Positions 20,026-33,019 of a stretch of DNA of 64,000 nt are shown in pieces. Under the pieces are notes generated by a model. The model ran no database searches. It was not told where the DNA came from and saw only the letters and a program-made list of their open reading frames with translations. This DNA is from Ignavibacteriota bacterium (GTDB taxonomy: Bacteria > Bacteroidota > Ignavibacteria > UBA10030). The number at the start of each line of letters is the position of its first letter. The first letter of the stretch is position 1. A program made the translations under genes and the position numbers. The stretch is from contig CAVSHO010000007.1 in the NCBI GenBank assembly GCA_963727825.1, positions 260,926-324,925 of the forward strand, in the 5' to 3' direction.

Positions 20026-21288
20026 ATGAAATATAAATTTTCTTTATTAATATTTATCGTCTTATTATTCACAACTCAATTGTTTTCTGCGGCTCCGACG
20101 GTGAAACTGGGAATTGATGTGTTGCGCGAACGCGGTTTTGATATCCTAAAAGGCAAACGAGTCGGTCTAATTACTAATGCTACTGGAATTACTTCCGATT
20201 TGCAAAGCACAGTTGATGTATTGTTCAATTATCCCGGGGTGAAACTTGTTGCGCTCTTCAGCCCGGAGCATGGTGTGCGCGGTGATGGAGATGCAGGGAA
20301 AGAAATAAACGGCTTCAACGATGTAAGAACAGGATTACCGGTGTATTCTCTCTATGGTAAAACGCGAAAGCCGACAAAGGAAATGCTGCAAGGTATTGAT
20401 GTGCTTGTGTATGATATCCAGGATATTGGAGTGCGTTCGTACACTTACATCTCAACAATGGGATTGGCGATGGAAGCTGCAGCTGAAAATGGAATTAGGT
20501 TTATTGTTCTTGATCGACCGGATCCATTGACCGGCGAGCGAGTGGAAGGCGCGATGTTAGATCCAAAATTTAAATCGTTTATAGGCGAGTATCCAATTCC
20601 TTATGTCTATGGAATGACTGCGGGTGAATTAGCGCAGATGATAAATGGAGAACAATGGCTTGATAACGGCGGTTTATCTCGTGAAGCAAGTAAATGCGAT
20701 TTAACTGTCGTGGCGATGAAAGGGTGGAAACGATCTATGTGGTGGGATGAAACCGGCTTAACTTGGGTTCCGACATCCCCGCATATTCCGCATTCATTTA
20801 CTACGATCTTTGCCGTACTCACAGGGCTTCTGGGGGAACTCGGTACAGCAAATCAAGGTGTCGGGTATACGCTGCCGTTTGAATTGGTCGGTGCCCCATG
20901 GATCGACGGGTATGCTCTTGCTCGCTATCTGAACAATCTCAATTTGCCCGGTGTACAGTTCCGTCCAATTTCGTATATCCCATTCTATAAAGATACAACA
21001 GGGCTTCGGTACAAAGGCGTGCAGATACACATCATCGATCGGGCGACACTAAATATGACTCAAGTGCAGATTGCAATTCTTGAAGCTCTGCTTCATCTTT
21101 TTCCGGATAATAATATTTTTGATCGCGCCAAACCGGATAGAATCAATTCATTTGATAAAGCTGTTGGAACGGATGATATCCGTCGCTCACTTCAGAATAG
21201 AACTTCAGTTGAAGAAATCCTTCATAAGATCGATCAGTTACGAGCACAATTTATGGCAAAACGGGAGAAATATCTTTTATATAAATAA
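20026..21288 (+). CDS. namZ: Exo-beta-N-acetylmuramidase NamZ (DUF1343) family
   Basis: RVGLITNATG, LFSPEHGVRG, YDIQDIGVRSYTY, WVPTSPHIP. Confidence 0.9.
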   Translation: MKYKFSLLIFIVLLFTTQLFSAAPTVKLGIDVLRERGFDILKGKRVGLITNATGITSDLQSTVDVLFNYPGVKLVALFSPEHGVRGDGDAGKEINGFNDVRTGLPVYSLYGKTRKPTKEMLQGIDVLVYDIQDIGVRSYTYISTMGLAMEAAAENGIRFIVLDRPDPLTGERVEGAMLDPKFKSFIGEYPIPYVYGMTAGELAQMINGEQWLDNGGLSREASKCDLTVVAMKGWKRSMWWDETGLTWVPTSPHIPHSFTTIFAVLTGLLGELGTANQGVGYTLPFELVGAPWIDGYALARYLNNLNLPGVQFRPISYIPFYKDTTGLRYKGVQIHIIDRATLNMTQVQIAILEALLHLFPDNNIFDRAKPDRINSFDKAVGTDDIRRSLQNRTSVEEILHKIDQLRAQFMAKREKYLLYK

Positions 21289-21593
21289 CTAAAAGTGCTA
21301 TTAGAATATTAATATTACTTGTTTGAGTTATTGTTAGCGGAAAAATTCCTTTCAAGCCATTGCATTTCGAGCAAGGCTTTCATATTTTAAGAATGAATTC
21401 AATATGAACACTCAGATAAATATGAGTCCATGGAGCAAATTGAAACAGGTCGTTCAGACCTGAAAGCCCAAGTTTGTTTTCTTCCCCCGCTTTCTACGGA
21501 ATACGAGTCCCCCGCACCATCTTCAAAATTAAATCATCACTGGCATCGGCTTAAAGGAAATGTTTTCAAAGACATTATCGATAGAAGGAGTGT

Positions 21594-22307
21594 GTGTTGT
21601 TTTTAACAATTGCGAAATTAATTATTCTATTTCCTATTTCATTAGTACTATCATTATTAGCATTGGTATGTATCCCATTTGATAGGAAAGGAGATTTCTT
21701 TCGTTGGTGTCCTTGGATGTGGTCAAAATGCATTCTATGGACTTTTGGCATTAAAGTTAACGTGAAGGGGATTGAAAATATTGATTCCAATCAGCCTTAC
21801 ATTTTCGTATCGAACCATGCCAGCATGGCTGATATCCCAACTGTAATGGTGGCTTTAAATGGCAAAGTGAATATTGTATTTAAGAAAGAATTAACTTGGG
21901 TGCCTATATGGGGCTGGGCGTTGCGCTATGGACATTTTATTATGATTGATCGCTCAAATCCACGGGATGCACTGGCAAGTATCGAACGGGCGGTGCAAAC
22001 TATTCGCGGCGGTCAATCGGTTATCTTGTTTCCGGAGGGAACACGGACAAGAAATGGCAGACTGCAACCATTCAAGCGCGGAGCATTCACGTTGGCGGCG
22101 AAATCGGGAGTTCCAGTAGTGCCGATGACTATCAATAATACTTTTGGAATTATGCCGAAAGGGTCTTTCAACGTTAAACGGGCGGATATTTCAGTTTTAT
22201 TGGAAAAACCAATTTCTACTGACAAACTTGAAAACAAAGCCGATGAATTGGAATTGATGGACCAAGTACATAAAGCAATCGAAAAAAATTATATTGATCA
22301 ATCATGA
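21594..22307 (+). CDS. plsC: 1-acyl-sn-glycerol-3-phosphate acyltransferase
   Basis: NHASMAD (HX4D), FPEGTRT, FKRGAF. Confidence 0.9.
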   Translation: MLFLTIAKLIILFPISLVLSLLALVCIPFDRKGDFFRWCPWMWSKCILWTFGIKVNVKGIENIDSNQPYIFVSNHASMADIPTVMVALNGKVNIVFKKELTWVPIWGWALRYGHFIMIDRSNPRDALASIERAVQTIRGGQSVILFPEGTRTRNGRLQPFKRGAFTLAAKSGVPVVPMTINNTFGIMPKGSFNVKRADISVLLEKPISTDKLENKADELELMDQVHKAIEKNYIDQS

Positions 22308-22315
22308 GATGATAT

Positions 22316-22611
22316 ATGGCAGTAACGATAAAGGATGTTGAACACATAGCTAAACTTGCGAATTTGGAATTCACCGATGCAGAGAAGGAAAAGTTCACGC
22401 ATCAGATGAACCAAATCTTGGCATACATGGAAAAATTAAACTCTTTAGACACAAGCAATGTTGAACCGCTTTCGCATGTTATCGAACTCAGCAATGTGTT
22501 CCGTGTGGATGAGGTGAAACCCGGCGTATCAACTGAGGATGCTTTGAAGAATGCCCCGGCAAAGAATGAACAGTTTTTCAAAGTACCTAAAGTAATTAGC
22601 GAGAAATCCTG

Positions 22612-22612
<1 letters not shown>
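22316..22612 (+). CDS. gatC: Asp/Glu-tRNA amidotransferase subunit C
   Basis: DVEHIAKLANL, NAP...FFKVPKVI. Confidence 0.93.
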
Positions 22613-25040
<2,428 letters not shown>

Positions 25041-25121
25041 GTTCTCAAAAAATCTGCAAGAATAACATATAAAAAAATGTTGCAGATGTATCCTCAGGGA
25101 AATTTTAAACAAGTTGCCGAG

Positions 25122-25164
25122 AAAAAACTCGCGCTCCTGAAGTAAGGGAGAAAACTCAGGAGCG
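25122..25164 (-). terminator. Possible intrinsic terminator between convergent genes
   Basis: CGCTCCTGA-n15-TCAGGAGCG; on the minus strand a T6 tract follows after 4 nt. Confidence 0.4.
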
Positions 25165-25241
25165 GAATTGATGTTTCAATAGATGACGCCTCCACCGAAC
25201 ATAATCGTGCAGAGACATAAGCTAAATTTATTTTGTTATAA

Positions 25242-25658
25242 TCATCTTAGGTGTAGCACCTTCATTGTCCGCAACGAGTCGGGCGAAAATATATGCCCTG
25301 ATAACAATTTCTGTCCGCTTGTTGTGTTGCTGCTCCATTCTACCCTATTATCACCAACTGGTTGATATTGGTTAACAAGACGATTCACTTTATTAATCGT
25401 TACACCCAAACTGTTTGCTTGACTATAAGCGACCATCCAATGCGATTCGACAGTACGATCGCCATGTTCAAGTTCACCTAATACAACATCGGACGAAGTG
25501 TGCAAAATGAATTGCATACCAGCAACCGCTTCGGAATTGGTAAGTTGAACTTCGGGAGTATTTATTGCAGTTCGCAACACAGCAAGATTATTGACGGCGT
25601 ATGCTGTTGCCGCTGAGATTAGCAGGCATATTAAAATTTACTGGAATCTTTTTCTCAT
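25242..25658 (-). pseudogene. Degraded T9SS-cargo gene (signal peptide, partial cohesin-like domain, partial CTD)
   Basis: ATG 25658 reads MRKRFQ*ILICLLISAATAYA (in-frame TAA at codon 7); EVQLTNSEAVAGMQF is joined directly to CTD-like VNRLVNQYQPVG...VEW...SGQKLLSG. Confidence 0.6.
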
Positions 25659-25961
25659 CTTCAGCTTAGTTAACCGTTATTCAATTTCTAATATAGAAGT
25701 TCACTCAATGTGCCAGTCGAAGAAAGGTCACTCTTTGAAAAGAAAAAACGAGAAAACGCCTAATAAGTAAGAGGAAAACGAAATAAGCGCAAATTCCCAT
25801 AAAGGAAATAAATAATCTTCACTTTATAAGCTCTACAAAGTTTCTATATTTCTGGAATTCAAAAATGGCTAATCGGTTGATTTTTCACAATAAAGCAACG
25901 AACTGAAAGACACAAAAATTCGTTGCTTTGGTATAGTTTAGAAAAATATTGTTTATAAAAT

Positions 25962-26501
25962 CTATTTCTCTTTTCTAATGCGTGGTTTCGATGTCCGCGG
26001 CTTACGAGTTCGTACGTGTGCTCGCAATAGCGGCGGTTCTTGTTTGAACGGCTCTTCCAGAATTTTAACAGATGGCGGTGAAATAATAGAAGATTCAGCA
26101 GCTAAAAGCACTCTTTGATGCTCAATACGCTTCATTTGTAACAATTCTTTTCTAATGCGAATAGATGAAAATAGAAAAACGATATTCATTATACCAAGCA
26201 ATGCCACGAGCGTGTAAAGCCAAATGAAATGAATAGTGCTCTCTGCGGACAATTTACGAGCTTGTAGTTGAAGCGTATCTAATTTCTTAATGATATTGGC
26301 ATTTAACTGACTATTGGCTTGTGCAATTCCTTCGCTACTAGTACCGAGACTGTCTTCGTGATAAGGAGAGATGACATAGACCGGAATGGGCGGTTCTTTC
26401 ACGTTGGAATTATCCTGAGCAAAGATTTTACAAAAATAAATGCCGCTTAAAGTGGTAACACATATTATTATTGATATAATGGATTTGAAATTCGTTTTCA
26501 T
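25962..26501 (-). CDS. Hypothetical membrane protein
   Basis: N-terminal signal, one internal TM helix, basic tail; GAGG upstream. Confidence 0.6.
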   Translation of the reverse strand: MKTNFKSIISIIICVTTLSGIYFCKIFAQDNSNVKEPPIPVYVISPYHEDSLGTSSEGIAQANSQLNANIIKKLDTLQLQARKLSAESTIHFIWLYTLVALLGIMNIVFLFSSIRIRKELLQMKRIEHQRVLLAAESSIISPPSVKILEEPFKQEPPLLRAHVRTRKPRTSKPRIRKEK

Positions 26502-26689
26502 AGCAGATTCCTCTTAACTTAACAAATACTGAGATTAAGTTAGGAAGACACTATGTCAAATGCAAACAGAAAGTAATACTAACGTTCCCCATTTTATTAG
26601 CTGCTAAATTTGAATTTTATTTGCTCTTTGGCTATCTTTCTTCAGTATTTTATGCAGACTTATTATATTAATACGAAATAAACCACACC

Positions 26690-28870
26690 GTGACCCTGAA
26701 TTCACAGCCGCCTATTCAATATATTAAGGGTGTTGGACCGAAACGCGCGGAGGCATTGGCGAAACTCGGCATCCATAACATAAAAGATCTCTTCTCGTAT
26801 TTTCCTCGCGGTTATCTGGATCGTAGTCAAATTGTACGTATTGCCGATTTGAAAAGCTATATCGGAAAAGGCGAGGCCGTTACAATTTTCGCTGAAGTGT
26901 ATCGGCAAGAAGCGAGGCGTACCCGACGCAATAACAAACTAATGTTTATGCTTACAGTGAAAGATGAAAGCGGATTTTTAACATGTGTCTGGTTTGAAGG
27001 ATTTTATTGGCTGAAAGATGCATTTGAAGTTAGCGAGTTACTTGCGTTTTCTTCCATTCCAACTCTTGATAAACTCGGTCGTCCGCAATTCCTTCATCCG
27101 CAATTTGATAGATTGAAAAGTGTTGAAGAAGATGAACCGGATTGGGGCAAATTATTCAATACTGGCGGTATCATTCCAAAATATAGCTCTAATGCTGAAC
27201 TCGAAAAAGTAGGACTCGACAGTCGCGGTTTTCGGCGTATCATTCGCAACGCACTAGATCATCATTCTATTGTAATTAAGGAGACTATATCGTCTGATAT
27301 TTTACTTCGTCAATCTCTCTGCGACGAACAATCGGCAATCCATTCCATTCATTTTCCGGAAAACTTTCAGATGTTAGAAACAGCGCGGCGACGGCTCAAG
27401 TTCGACGAATTATTCTTTCTCCAATTAATGCTGGCATTACGCAAGCGCGGAGCACAGAAGCAATTACGCGGATTGACATATAATGTTGAAAGTACGCTCG
27501 CACGCCAGCTTGTAGATTCTCTTCAGTTTGAATTAACAATTGCGCAAAAGCGCGTACTTCGAGAAATTGTTGATGATTTAAAATCTCCCTGCCCGATGAA
27601 TCGGCTTATGCAAGGCGATGTTGGAAGTGGAAAAACAATAGTAGCGCTTTGCACGGCACTTATTGCTGTTGAAAATGGCTTGCAGGTTGCATTTATGGTG
27701 CCGACAGAAATTCTTGCTGAACAGCATTATCAAACTCTTAAATCGGTTCTAAAAGATCTGACAGTGAATGTACGCATGCTTATTGGCAATCAACGGAAGA
27801 AATTACGAGAAGATATTCTAGAAGACATCCGTAATGGAAGTGCAAATATCGTGGTTGGCACACACGCATTAGTTGAGGAAAAAGTTGAATTTGCAAAGCT
27901 TGGTCTTGTTATTGTAGATGAACAGCATCGATTCGGCGTGATGCAGCGTGCGGCTTTACGCGGAAAAGGCATTAATCCTGATGTCCTCGTGATGACTGCA
28001 ACACCTATTCCACGCACACTTGCAATGACATTATATGGCGATCTTGAAGTATCAATAATTGACGAATTGCCTTCAAACCGAAAATCTATTCGTACGGCAA
28101 TTCGTACTGAATCTCAAAAACATAAAGTTTATCAGTTTGTCAAGGATGAGATTGATCAAAATAGGCAGGCATATATTGTTTTTCCTCTCATCGAAGAATC
28201 AGAAAAGATGGATCTTAAAGCTGCAACCAGAGAGTATGAATATCTGCAAAAAAGTGTTTTTCAAAACTATAGACTCGGTCTATTACATGGCAGGCTGAAG
28301 CCAGAGATGAAAGATGAAGTGATGCAGAAATTCAAAAAAGGTGAAATTCAGGTTCTCGTTTCGACAACGGTTATCGAAGTTGGTATTGACATTCCGAATG
28401 CAACTGTTATGATTATTGAAAACGCGGAGCGTTTCGGACTATCGCAGCTGCATCAACTGCGGGGTCGTGTAGGACGCGGAGCCGATCAATCATATTGTAT
28501 TCTTATTGCAAACTACGGTTGGTTCGATGCACATACAAAAGGATTGGAAACGCCGGAATTACATGACCAGAAAGAACACGCGCGCGAGCGTTTAGAGACA
28601 ATGGTGCAAACATCAGATGGATTCAAAATAGCAGAAGTGGATTTAAGATTACGGGGACCAGGGGAATTCTTTGGCACACGACAAAGTGGATTGCCGGCAC
28701 TTCGCATCGCAAACCTTGTTGAGGATATGAACTTGCTCAATCTGGCACGTAAAGAAGCTTTCGACCTTATTAAGAATGATCCGCATCTTCGTCAGAAGTC
28801 GAATGAATGCATTCGAAAACATTATGAAGAAGAGTTTAGAGAAATTCTTGAATTGGGAAAGATCGGATAA
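26690..28870 (+). CDS. recG: ATP-dependent DNA helicase RecG
   Basis: QGDVGSGKT, DEQHRFG, MTATPIPRTL, GLSQLHQLRGRVGRG, DLRLRGPGE. Confidence 0.97.
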   Translation: MTLNSQPPIQYIKGVGPKRAEALAKLGIHNIKDLFSYFPRGYLDRSQIVRIADLKSYIGKGEAVTIFAEVYRQEARRTRRNNKLMFMLTVKDESGFLTCVWFEGFYWLKDAFEVSELLAFSSIPTLDKLGRPQFLHPQFDRLKSVEEDEPDWGKLFNTGGIIPKYSSNAELEKVGLDSRGFRRIIRNALDHHSIVIKETISSDILLRQSLCDEQSAIHSIHFPENFQMLETARRRLKFDELFFLQLMLALRKRGAQKQLRGLTYNVESTLARQLVDSLQFELTIAQKRVLREIVDDLKSPCPMNRLMQGDVGSGKTIVALCTALIAVENGLQVAFMVPTEILAEQHYQTLKSVLKDLTVNVRMLIGNQRKKLREDILEDIRNGSANIVVGTHALVEEKVEFAKLGLVIVDEQHRFGVMQRAALRGKGINPDVLVMTATPIPRTLAMTLYGDLEVSIIDELPSNRKSIRTAIRTESQKHKVYQFVKDEIDQNRQAYIVFPLIEESEKMDLKAATREYEYLQKSVFQNYRLGLLHGRLKPEMKDEVMQKFKKGEIQVLVSTTVIEVGIDIPNATVMIIENAERFGLSQLHQLRGRVGRGADQSYCILIANYGWFDAHTKGLETPELHDQKEHARERLETMVQTSDGFKIAEVDLRLRGPGEFFGTRQSGLPALRIANLVEDMNLLNLARKEAFDLIKNDPHLRQKSNECIRKHYEEEFREILELGKIG

Positions 28871-29030
28871 AACGGAAACAGAAAACAAACAACTACTAAC
28901 AATATTTATTCTTTATCATTTTCCATTCTTGTATCTTAAATCTAAAATCTCAAGCACAAAATCCTAAGTTGTCTCTCCTTGTCATACTCAAACATCGCGA
29001 ACATTTCTTCGACAAAACGACTGAAAAAAC

Positions 29031-29058
29031 TTGACAACAAGATAGAAAGGATTATATT
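29031..29058 (+). promoter_or_regulatory. Putative sigma70-type promoter of the ATP-grasp/KamA operon
   Basis: TTGACA (29031-36), 16-nt spacer, TATATT (29053-58). Confidence 0.55.
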
Positions 29059-29130
29059 AGTATCAACATTTGTTGTTCATTGAAACAGCAAAGTTGATTA
29101 GTTCAACAAGTGAAAGGTTGATCTTACCGC

Positions 29131-30228
29131 TTGCTACAGCGACTGAACGTAGCTCTCGTCTACAACGTGAAGAAAGAAATTGTAGAAGAAGTTTCGAGTG
29201 GCGATGGTGATCCGGATAAATGCACCGGAGAAGAAAAATCCGTTGCAGTAAAAACAGAACTTCATAAGACGAAAGCTGACACATACGCAGAATGGGACAC
29301 GGAAGAAACTATCCTCGCCGTGAAAGCCGCGCTCGAATTGCATCACGATGTTACCCTTATCGAAGCAAACGAGGAATCCTATCAAACACTTCTTCAAGCG
29401 AAACCTGACATAGTTTTTAATATTGCTGAAGGGTTGCAAGGACCATCGAGAGAAGCACAAATTCCGGCAATCCTCGAGATGCTTGGCATACCATACACTG
29501 GTTCTGATTCGCTCACACTTGGAATTTGTCTCGATAAGTCACGAGCGAAAGAAATTCTCTCATATTATAAAATTCAAACTCCGTCGTTCGTTGTCGTTGA
29601 CGCTCTTCATCAATTATCGAAATTAAATATCTCTCTGCCTTGCATTGTGAAGCCATTGCATGAAGGATCGAGCAAAGGAATCTACAATGCATCAATCGTT
29701 CGCTCAGAAGAAGAACTCCATATACAAATCAAACGAGTAATTGAGGAGTATAATGAACCCGCGTTAGTAGAAAAGTTCTTATCAGGACGCGAATTCACAG
29801 TAGCAGTTCTTGGTAATGGCTCCGATCTTCGTGTATTACCGATTGTAGAAATACGCTTCGATTCATTGCCAGATGGCGTCAATCCTATTTATTCATATGA
29901 GGCGAAATGGATTTGGGATACACTTGAGAATCCAATTGACGTACATGAATGTCCGGCTAAGGTTTCTCAAAGACTTCAGAGAGAAATTGAAACTGTATGT
30001 TGCGATACTTATCGAGTACTACATTGTCGAGACTGGTGTCGAATTGACATAAGGTTAGATGAACAAGGGCGTCCAAACGTGCTGGAATTGAACCCTTTAC
30101 CTGGAATATTGCCAAATCCCGAAGAACATTCTTGCTTCCCACAAGCTGCCAGAGCGGCAGGCATGGATTACGACACGATGATTAATGCTGTGTTAAATGC
30201 AGGAATCAAACGATATAATTTATGTTGA
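29131..30228 (+). CDS. Ddl-like ATP-grasp ligase 1 (non-canonical)
   Basis: IPYTGSD...LDK, IVKPLHEGSSKG, EKFLSGREFTV, RIDIRL, ELNPLPG; has FNIAEG instead of the canonical LHG. Confidence 0.88.
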   Translation: MLQRLNVALVYNVKKEIVEEVSSGDGDPDKCTGEEKSVAVKTELHKTKADTYAEWDTEETILAVKAALELHHDVTLIEANEESYQTLLQAKPDIVFNIAEGLQGPSREAQIPAILEMLGIPYTGSDSLTLGICLDKSRAKEILSYYKIQTPSFVVVDALHQLSKLNISLPCIVKPLHEGSSKGIYNASIVRSEEELHIQIKRVIEEYNEPALVEKFLSGREFTVAVLGNGSDLRVLPIVEIRFDSLPDGVNPIYSYEAKWIWDTLENPIDVHECPAKVSQRLQREIETVCCDTYRVLHCRDWCRIDIRLDEQGRPNVLELNPLPGILPNPEEHSCFPQAARAAGMDYDTMINAVLNAGIKRYNLC

Positions 30229-30236
30229 TTAAATAG

Positions 30237-31337
30237 ATGATGCTCAAAATGGCACATATTGCAGTAGTTTTTAATGAACCAACCATTGCAACAGAAAAAG
30301 GACGAATGTTCATATCTGCGGAAGGACAGGTTGGAGCCCTTGCATCTCATTCAGAAATAATTGCTAATATGCCGGGTCATTTAGTTGACATGTCGGAAGT
30401 TGGTGTAATCGAAGAGCGTGAACAAGTTGAAAAAGCGCTACAACGCAAAGGATATCATACTTCACTATTTAATATTGATGGCGACATCAAACGTCTTATC
30501 AGTTTTATAGAAGTACAAAGGCCTGACATTATATTCAATTTGTGTGAATCGTTGATGGGTGAATCGCTCCACGAGATGCACGTTGCCGGCATATATGAAT
30601 TGATGAATATTCCTTACACAGGTGCCGCGACACTTGCATTAGGAACATGTTTGAACAAAGTCCGCACTAAGGAAATTCTTCGATCACACGGGATACCAAC
30701 CGCGCGGCACATCATTTCCACTAATGTTGAGACTTGCCATATTAACGACGCACGTTTGCGTTTTCCATTTATTGTTAAACCGATACATGAAGATGCGAGC
30801 ATTGGTATAGAGAATTCATCTGTGGTTTATGATATCCAATCACTTCAGAAGCAGGTTGCTTACATTTTAAAAACTTTTAACGAGCCGGCATTAGTGGAAG
30901 AGTATATTGAAGGAAGAGAATTAAATGTTGCCATTATCGGCAACGAGCAGCCGACAATATTGCCGATTTCTGAAATTGATTTTTCGAAATTGCCGTCTGG
31001 TTATCCGAAGATTGTTACATACAATGCAAAATGGGTTGAGGGCACACCGGAATATGACGGTACTGTCGGAACATGCCCTGCACAACTTGAGCCCATTGTA
31101 GAACAACTCGTGAAAGAAATTGCAATGCGTGCGTATCAATTAATGGAAATTCGAGATTACGCGCGTGTAGATATCCGGCTTGATGCAAAAAATACTCCCT
31201 ATGTTTTGGAGGTGAATCCCAATCCGGATATTTCATGTGATGCTGGTTTCGCTCGTTCAGCCCGCACAGCTGGAATGACATTTGACGATATGATTGTAAA
31301 AATAGTGGAGACCGCGCTTGAACGGTCGCATCGGTAA
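30237..31337 (+). CDS. Ddl-like ATP-grasp ligase 2 (non-canonical)
   Basis: IPYTGA...LNK, IVKPIHEDASIG, EEYIEGRELNV, YARVDIRL, EVNPNPD; has FNLCES instead of LHG. Confidence 0.88.
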   Translation: MMLKMAHIAVVFNEPTIATEKGRMFISAEGQVGALASHSEIIANMPGHLVDMSEVGVIEEREQVEKALQRKGYHTSLFNIDGDIKRLISFIEVQRPDIIFNLCESLMGESLHEMHVAGIYELMNIPYTGAATLALGTCLNKVRTKEILRSHGIPTARHIISTNVETCHINDARLRFPFIVKPIHEDASIGIENSSVVYDIQSLQKQVAYILKTFNEPALVEEYIEGRELNVAIIGNEQPTILPISEIDFSKLPSGYPKIVTYNAKWVEGTPEYDGTVGTCPAQLEPIVEQLVKEIAMRAYQLMEIRDYARVDIRLDAKNTPYVLEVNPNPDISCDAGFARSARTAGMTFDDMIVKIVETALERSHR

Positions 31338-31341
31338 TGGT

Positions 31342-31815
31342 ATGTCGATTCGAGAATTTGAAAAAGAGGATATTAAGCCGCTTGCAGAAATTGTGAGGGC
31401 GACCGGTGTGTTTCGGGAAGATGAAATTGATGTCGCAGTGGAACTGATGGACATTGCTGCAAATGACAAAGAGCAAAAAGATTATTTTCTTTTTTCATAT
31501 GTGGATGAAGCAGGTATCGTACAAGGATATTATTGCGCTGGGCCTACGCCAATGACGCAAAAAACATTCGACTTGTACTGGATAGCTGTACATCCTCGTG
31601 TACATAAAAAACGAATTGGTCATGAATTACTTGAACATTGTGAAGAGCATGTGAAAACGCTAGGCGGGAAATTGCTTGTCGTTGAAACATCGTCACAGCC
31701 GAAGTATGAACCTACGCGACGATTCTATCTTCGGCACCAATATGTAGAAGCAGCTCGTATAAAAGATTATTATGCACAGGATGACGATCTTGTCATCTAT
31801 TCTAAATACTTCTAA
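31342..31815 (+). CDS. GNAT family N-acetyltransferase
   Basis: DLYWIAVHPRVHKKRIGHELL (motif A), VETSS, RRFYLRH; single GNAT domain. Confidence 0.9.
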   Translation: MSIREFEKEDIKPLAEIVRATGVFREDEIDVAVELMDIAANDKEQKDYFLFSYVDEAGIVQGYYCAGPTPMTQKTFDLYWIAVHPRVHKKRIGHELLEHCEEHVKTLGGKLLVVETSSQPKYEPTRRFYLRHQYVEAARIKDYYAQDDDLVIYSKYF

Positions 31816-31833
31816 GGAGCAATAGCATTATTT

Positions 31834-33000
31834 ATGGAACTCTGGCAAGAAATGCTTAGACAGAGCGTTGATAGCGCAAAAGATTTAGTTGAGCGTTTTG
31901 GATTTAATAAAGAGGAAGCAGAAAAGCTCAATAAATTCTTTCACATTAGAATAAATCCGTACTACTTGAGTTTAATTCGTTATCCGAATGATCCTATTTG
32001 GCGGCAATGTATTCCTGATGCAATCGAACTCCAGGATGAAAAAGCACCTGAAGATCCGCTGAATGAAGATGCCGATAGCCCGGTTCCGAGCATTACTCAC
32101 CGGTATCCGGATAGAGTATTATTTCTTATAACAAGTCAGTGCTCTATGTATTGTCGATTCTGCACGCGTAAAAGAAAAGTAAGCGATTCAACGAAGATCA
32201 ATGCAAAATATATCCAGTGGGGATTGGATTATATTAGCGCCCACCCGGAGATTCGGGATGTGATCATCTCTGGCGGAGATCCATTGATGGTGACAGACTT
32301 TGCATTGGAGCGGGTCCTGGCAGGGTTGCGGGAAATCCCTCACGTAGAGATTATTCGCATTGGTACAAAAATGCCATGTGTATTACCACAGCGTATTACT
32401 ACCAAGTTGTGCAAAATGTTGAAGAAGTATCATCCGCTCTATGTGAATACTCATTTCAATCATCCATGGGAATGCACACCGGAAGCTGAACGCGCCTGCA
32501 ATATGCTGGCTGATGTTGGAATCCCTGTCGGCAATCAATCTGTCCTTATGAAGGGTGTGAATGATGACCCGGATATCATGCTGGATTTACACCGCAAGCT
32601 GCTCAAAATGCGCGTACGTCCCTACTATATTTACCAGGCTGATCTGACAAAAGGTACTAATCATTTCAGAACCCCAGTACGTGTTGGTCTAGACATTATG
32701 GATAAATTGCGCGGACACACCTCGGGCCTTGCTATTCCATATTACGTTATTGATGCACCGGGCGGTGGCGGCAAAATACCATTACTCCCGCAATATGTTC
32801 TTGGAAGAAACGGGAAGGATATCATTCTCCGTAATTATAAATATGAAATCTATACTTATCCGGATGTAGAAGAGGCACCGATCGAACAGCTTCCGGTGGA
32901 ACATAAATACTTGAGGAAACGTCAGAACGGGAGACGAAAACCCGTAACCGCTGTAGATGCAACTGAAGAAAAAGTTCCTATGGAACAAGTTGGAAAGTGA
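31834..33000 (+). CDS. kamA: KamA family radical SAM/PLP enzyme (lysine 2,3-aminomutase type)
   Basis: THRYPDRVL, CSMYCRFCTRKR (CxxxCxxC), SGGDPL, YIYQADL, VIDAPGGGGK. Confidence 0.92.
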   Translation: MELWQEMLRQSVDSAKDLVERFGFNKEEAEKLNKFFHIRINPYYLSLIRYPNDPIWRQCIPDAIELQDEKAPEDPLNEDADSPVPSITHRYPDRVLFLITSQCSMYCRFCTRKRKVSDSTKINAKYIQWGLDYISAHPEIRDVIISGGDPLMVTDFALERVLAGLREIPHVEIIRIGTKMPCVLPQRITTKLCKMLKKYHPLYVNTHFNHPWECTPEAERACNMLADVGIPVGNQSVLMKGVNDDPDIMLDLHRKLLKMRVRPYYIYQADLTKGTNHFRTPVRVGLDIMDKLRGHTSGLAIPYYVIDAPGGGGKIPLLPQYVLGRNGKDIILRNYKYEIYTYPDVEEAPIEQLPVEHKYLRKRQNGRRKPVTAVDATEEKVPMEQVGK

Positions 33001-33019
33001 ATTACTGAATCGTACATTG

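Noticed and set aside
21497-21520. tRNA-like 3' end (CGAGTCCCCCGCACCA)
   Set aside because: No TTC T-loop, no cloverleaf and no acceptor-stem partner.
25698-25718. Sigma-54 promoter (TGGCAC on minus strand)
   Set aside because: The -12 TTGC element is missing.
28938-28965. Degenerate heptamer run (AAATCTA AAATCTC AAGCACA AAATCCT)
   Set aside because: Only four imperfect units in AT-rich DNA; could be chance.
29131-31337. Calling the two ATP-grasp genes ddlA/ddlB or Van-type resistance ligases
   Set aside because: They lack the canonical GGxSxE and LHG motifs, and no mur/van genes are nearby.
31834-33000. EpmB (EF-P beta-lysylation) or lysine-fermentation role for KamA
   Set aside because: No efp/epmA or kamDE/kdd/kce genes are adjacent, and the gene is operonic with the ligases and GNAT.
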